Positions 60,954 through 64,000 of a stretch of DNA of 64,000 nucleotides are shown piece by piece (the first letter of the stretch is position 1; each line of letters begins with the position of its first letter). Origin of the DNA: Eubacteriales bacterium (GTDB taxonomy: Bacteria; Bacillota; Clostridia; Oscillospirales; SIG627); NCBI GenBank assembly GCA_045660745.1, contig JAZREJ010000041.1:12656-76655 (forward strand), written 5' to 3'. Under the pieces are notes generated by a model that had not been told where the DNA came from, did no database searches, and worked only from the letters and a program-made list of their open reading frames with translations. Position numbers and translations under genes: made by a program.

Positions 60954-61345
60954 AATTGCTCACTTCCTAAAAGCTGAATTCACAGTCCCTATGTTCTCAG
61001 AGTACATCCCAGAAGCCTTAAACCAATTTAAATTTTCCATCGTCAACAAAGTATTTACATCGTAGAGCTCCTTGGCAGCACAGCCTAAAACAGTTTATCA
61101 TATAGCAACCGAAAAATCAATATAAATAAGCTTTTTTAAGTATTAAAAATCCAAGATCCGCGCTTTCTCGCTACACTGATATTATATCCCACGTCAAATG
61201 TACGGCAAAACAATTTTTGATAAAAGCGCATCATATAGCTTTATAACGATTTTATAAATTATAAGAGCTGTATATTGAAAAAAACAGCATTCAATAAGAT
61301 AAAAGAACTCATCAAATTCTTACTTGTCGAACAGTTAAATAGAGA

Positions 61346-61373
61346 AAGAGCGGAGGCTTAGACCTCCGCTCTT
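61346..61373. terminator. terminator hairpin downstream of rubrerythrin
   Basis: AAGAGCGGAGG / CCTCCGCTCTT; T-rich flanks on both strands. Confidence 0.65.
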
Positions 61374-61409
61374 TGTGTTTTCTATATAATTGCTATGTGG
61401 TTCACGATC

Positions 61410-61997
61410 TTATTTGAAATATCTCTTAAGAAGACCTTCAAGACCTCTGCCGTGTCTTGCTTCATCTCTTGCCATTTCATGAACGGTGTCATGGATAGCG
61501 TCAAGGCCGTTCTTCTTAGCGCAAGAAGCGAGGTCAAATTTGCCCTGGGTTGCGCCGTATTCACAGTCAACTCTCCACTTAAGGTTGTCCTTGGTGGTAG
61601 CTTTCATATTGGGCTCAAGGTCCTCACCAAGAAGCTCAGCAAACTTTGCTGCATGCTCTGCTTCTTCGTATGCTGCCTTTTCCCAGTAAAGTCCTACTTC
61701 GGGATAGCCCTCTCTGTGAGCGATGCGTGCCATGCAGAGGTACATACCAACCTCGGCACACTCTCCATTGAAGTTAGCCATGAGCTGTTCGAATATGTAC
61801 TTCTTATCTTCTTCACTGATGTCGGGGTTATTCTTAACGGTCTTTGCATAAACACCATACTCGTGCTGTGCTGCGAGAGCTGCGCCCTCTTCCATTACCT
61901 TAAATTTGTCTGCGGGAACCTTACATACAGGGCACTTTTCGGGAGCTGCATCGCCCTCGTGAACGTAACCGCATACTGAACATACATACTTTGCCAT
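61410..61997 (-). CDS. rbr: reverse rubrerythrin (N-terminal rubredoxin-like domain plus di-iron four-helix domain)
   Basis: ORF track 61410..62012; start moved to ATG 61997 behind GGAGG. Segments [31 protein letters not shown]. Confidence 0.9.
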   Translation of the reverse strand: MAKYVCSVCGYVHEGDAAPEKCPVCKVPADKFKVMEEGAALAAQHEYGVYAKTVKNNPDISEEDKKYIFEQLMANFNGECAEVGMYLCMARIAHREGYPEVGLYWEKAAYEEAEHAAKFAELLGEDLEPNMKATTKDNLKWRVDCEYGATQGKFDLASCAKKNGLDAIHDTVHEMARDEARHGRGLEGLLKRYFK

Positions 61998-62031
61998 AAT
62001 AAAATCCTCCAAAAATTATATAAATTATTTT

Positions 62032-62412
62032 TTATTTGGTACAATCCTTACACGTTCCGTAAAAGAACATTCTGTGGTAATCAATTTTTGCACCTGTCTT
62101 TTTTTCAGCCTCTACGTCGATTGCATCAAGCGGCATCTCAACATCAAGTATACGATTGCACTCGTTACATACGAAGTGACTGTGCTCATGGGTGAACGCA
62201 TCGTAGTGCTCGGTTCCGCTTCCGGTTTCAAGCCTTAATATTAGTCCTTTGTCGGAAAGCTGTTTTAAATTTCTGTAAACTGTTCCAAGACTTACGTTCG
62301 GGAACCCCTTCCTCATATTAAAGTAAACCCAATCTGCATCGGGGTGTTCTTTGGTAGACTTTAATAATTCGATTATAGCATCGCGTTTATCGGAATGCTT
62401 TTCCTGAGCCAT
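62032..62412 (-). CDS. perR: Fur family peroxide-responsive repressor (PerR-like)
   Basis: 126 aa. Segments HPDADWVY..SLGTVYRNL, HSHFVCNECNR and CKDC (two CxxC pairs). Lies directly upstream of rubrerythrin. Confidence 0.8.
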   Translation of the reverse strand: MAQEKHSDKRDAIIELLKSTKEHPDADWVYFNMRKGFPNVSLGTVYRNLKQLSDKGLILRLETGSGTEHYDAFTHEHSHFVCNECNRILDVEMPLDAIDVEAEKKTGAKIDYHRMFFYGTCKDCTK

Positions 62413-62430
62413 TTGAACTCCCCTCCAATC

Positions 62431-62483
62431 AATAACAGTAATGATTACTGTTATTATAATACCACAAAATCTATATTTGTCAA
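62431..62483 (-). promoter_or_regulatory. perR-rbr promoter with a 25-bp perfect palindrome (candidate PerR box)
   Basis: AATAACAGTAAT-G-ATTACTGTTATT at 62431-62455. Minus-strand TTGACA at 62483-62478 and an ATTATAAT -10 region abutting the palindrome. Confidence 0.65.
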
Positions 62484-62589
62484 TACCTTTTTTGAAATTT
62501 TTTTAAAAAATTTTTTTGACATTTGTTATTGCCTGTATATTGTTCGTAATTAATAGAAATACATATTATCCAATATACTTCAATAACAA

Positions 62590-62619
62590 AAAAGGCTACA
62601 GCAAATAGCTTTGCTGTAG
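62590..62619 (-). terminator. rho-independent terminator of the WG-repeat gene
   Basis: CTACAGCAAA (62596-62605) / TTTGCTGTAG (62610-62619). Plus A-run at 62588-62593 gives a U-run on minus. Confidence 0.75.
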
Positions 62620-62681
62620 TTCCTTTTGAAGTTATGTTTATTTTAAAATCACGTGTTTTACTTTTCTTGCTATGTGGTCCT

Positions 62682-63500
62682 TTATCTTACTTTTTCGCCT
62701 TTTTTGTTGATGAAGAACTCGTTGTCCCCAAGATAGACCCGTGCTGTACCGGTTTCATCGGAAAAATCGCGCGCCATATCGTATTTCGGCTCTATTACAA
62801 ATTCGCCTTCTTTGTTTATATATCCGTACGTTCCGTTTATCTCAACGCACGCAAGCCCATTTTTGGCAAAGTCACCCGCATCGTCGAAATTGAGCGATAT
62901 CACCGTCTCACCATGTTCGTTGATGTAGCCGTACTTGTCACCAAGCTTGACCCATGCAAGCCCGTTTTCTGCAAAGTCAGACCCTTCGTCAAATTGCGGA
63001 GCGATTGCAAGCTCACCAATTTCATTTACATATCCGATTTTCTCGTCTAGTTTTACAAGTGCAAGTCCGTTTTTTGCAAAATCTTGAGCATATTCAAATT
63101 GAATGTCAATGATGATTTCGCCTTTTTCGTTGATAAAGCCGTCTTTTTCACCTATCCAAACCCTTGCGAGTCCGTTTTCGGCAAACTCTGCTCCACCGTC
63201 AAACTGTGGATATATTACGAATTCGCCTTTTTCGTTGATGTACCCGCAGTTAAGAGGAGCATCCCATTCGCCAACGTGCACTGCGGCAAGCCCATTCTCA
63301 GCAAAGTCATAAGCCATTATGAATTGCGGCTCGATTACTGTTTTACCATCTGCATTTTTGTAACCCCACATACCATTTTTACTGTATGGAATAAGGGATC
63401 GTTCTTCCGTGTGGGTGCTTTCTCTGTTATTGCAGGATATAAGCGAAAAAACGGCAATAACCGATAGCACAAAAATTAAAAATCTGATTGTCTTTTTCAT
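62682..63500 (-). CDS. WG-repeat (KWG-type) lipoprotein
   Basis: 272 aa; lipobox LISC. About 6.5 tandem repeats of roughly 35 aa, G[YF]INxxGExVIxPQFDxAxDFAxNGLAxV. Confidence 0.85.
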   Translation of the reverse strand: MKKTIRFLIFVLSVIAVFSLISCNNRESTHTEERSLIPYSKNGMWGYKNADGKTVIEPQFIMAYDFAENGLAAVHVGEWDAPLNCGYINEKGEFVIYPQFDGGAEFAENGLARVWIGEKDGFINEKGEIIIDIQFEYAQDFAKNGLALVKLDEKIGYVNEIGELAIAPQFDEGSDFAENGLAWVKLGDKYGYINEHGETVISLNFDDAGDFAKNGLACVEINGTYGYINKEGEFVIEPKYDMARDFSDETGTARVYLGDNEFFINKKGEKVR

Positions 63501-63722
63501 ATTAAGTCTCCGCGAATTATTTTTGTTACCGACATTTTATTATAATGCTTTCTTGAGTTTTCAACAAATATAAGGCTTGCTGAGTCGGTAATTCATTCAA
63601 CATTGAAAGCTCTTGAGTCGGGACAGGGGAGAACCTTCTGCAAAGCTCTCCCCAAACGGTAATTTAAATATATTGTCAACTGTTTTTTGAAATTTGCTTC
63701 CGTATGCGATGCAGATCGTATT

Positions 63723-64000
63723 TTAATCGTGACATCCAATCTTTATTGAGTGTACTCTTAAATGCACTTCGGTCTTAGACTTCTTGAGTTTTACGATGTA
63801 GGTGCCTGCTTCTTTTGCTTCAAAGTCACAGACGATAACCTCCATGGGCTTTGAAATAGAGCTTGTTCCGAACTTCTTTTCAGCCTCGTAAATAACGGTG
63901 TCGCCTGCGTCTGTTCTGTGTGTTACCGAAACAGTTGTTTCAACTCCCTTATCTGCGGCAACAGTAAAGAACAGTCTGTAGGTACCTGCTTTGGTTATCT
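63723..64000 (-). CDS. C-terminal fragment of a protein that continues beyond the window (beta-sandwich-like tail)
   Basis: Not in the ORF track because the window edge removes its start. Minus-strand frame reads ITKAGTYRLFFTVAADKGVETTVSVTHRTDAGDTVIYEAEKKFGTSSISKPMEVIVCDFEAKEAGTYIVKLKKSKTEVHLRVHSIKIGCHD, with stop TAA at 63725-63723. Confidence 0.45.
   Translation of the reverse strand, partial: ITKAGTYRLFFTVAADKGVETTVSVTHRTDAGDTVIYEAEKKFGTSSISKPMEVIVCDFEAKEAGTYIVKLKKSKTEVHLRVHSIKIGCHD

Noticed and set aside
60954-61345. Long upstream region of the MFS gene containing CTGAGA and a possible TTGCCG-16-TATAAT promoter; considered as a TPP or other riboswitch
   Set aside because: Apart from CTGAGA, none of the conserved TPP-riboswitch blocks (for example ACCTGATCTGGATAATGCCAGCG-like) or other riboswitch cores I know are present. 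No leader terminator is evident.
62515-62545. Plus-strand promoter-like TTGACA-16-TATTGT in the perR/WG intergenic region, with the 138-aa plus ORF 62634-63050
   Set aside because: The only downstream plus-strand ORF is antisense to the well-supported WG-repeat gene and mirrors its repeats. At most this is an antisense transcript, and there is no supporting evidence for one.
62682-63500. Periodic DNA repeats that might suggest a CRISPR array or satellite
   Set aside because: The repeats are in frame within a single long ORF and encode WG-type protein repeats. There are no unique spacers of constant length and no cas genes.
63630-63665. Hairpin GGGGAGA / TCTCCCC downstream of the truncated terminal ORF
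   Set aside because: There is no U-run on either strand after the stem, so it is not callable as an intrinsic terminator. Its function is unknown.

Overview
This is a chromosomal window from an anaerobic Firmicute, Clostridia-like by gene content (reverse rubrerythrin with PerR, GlpP, DUF4367-type anti-sigma). I saw no rRNA, tRNA, CRISPR array, transposase or integrase. Layout: mfd and two PrsA-like lipoproteins (0.1-5.9 kb). LacI regulator, GH42-like protein and MFS transporter (6-10.3 kb). The core block rpoB-rpoC-rpsL-rpsG-fusA-tuf (10.6-22.8 kb), detached from the usual flanking ribosomal-protein operons. A regulator-less six-gene operon of MBL, MFS, cupin, PHP, xylose-isomerase-like TIM and amidohydrolase (23-28.1 kb). 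A BlaI/BlaR1-like pair with a non-canonical sensor domain (28.2-31.2 kb). A visibly A+T-richer minus-strand island headed by an ECF-type sigma and DUF4367 anti-sigma, followed by secreted, lipoprotein and membrane proteins of unknown function and one decayed gene (31.3-38.3 kb). Two carbohydrate loci, each facing its own AraC regulator (38.5-56.1 kb). The first has Gfo/Idh/MocA, a Rossmann-less partner, two SIS proteins, a PfkB kinase and a GH-like TIM barrel. The second has an enolase-superfamily dehydratase, MBL, SDR, RraA-like protein, nitroreductase and three GH42-type genes. Then an Ldh2-family oxidoreductase, malic enzyme and glpP operon (56.2-59.3 kb), an MFS transporter, perR-rubrerythrin, a WG-repeat lipoprotein and a truncated terminal ORF. 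The most striking signal read directly from the DNA is a pair of paralogous modules: consensus promoter, conserved leader and intrinsic terminator. One precedes the Ldh2/malic-enzyme genes and one precedes glpP. This suggests a GlpP-type antitermination circuit with no glycerol genes in the window. Second is a 39-nt element (35/39 identical) placed immediately upstream of two unrelated small genes in the sigma/anti-sigma island. All functional calls rest on motifs I recognised by eye. No database search was run.
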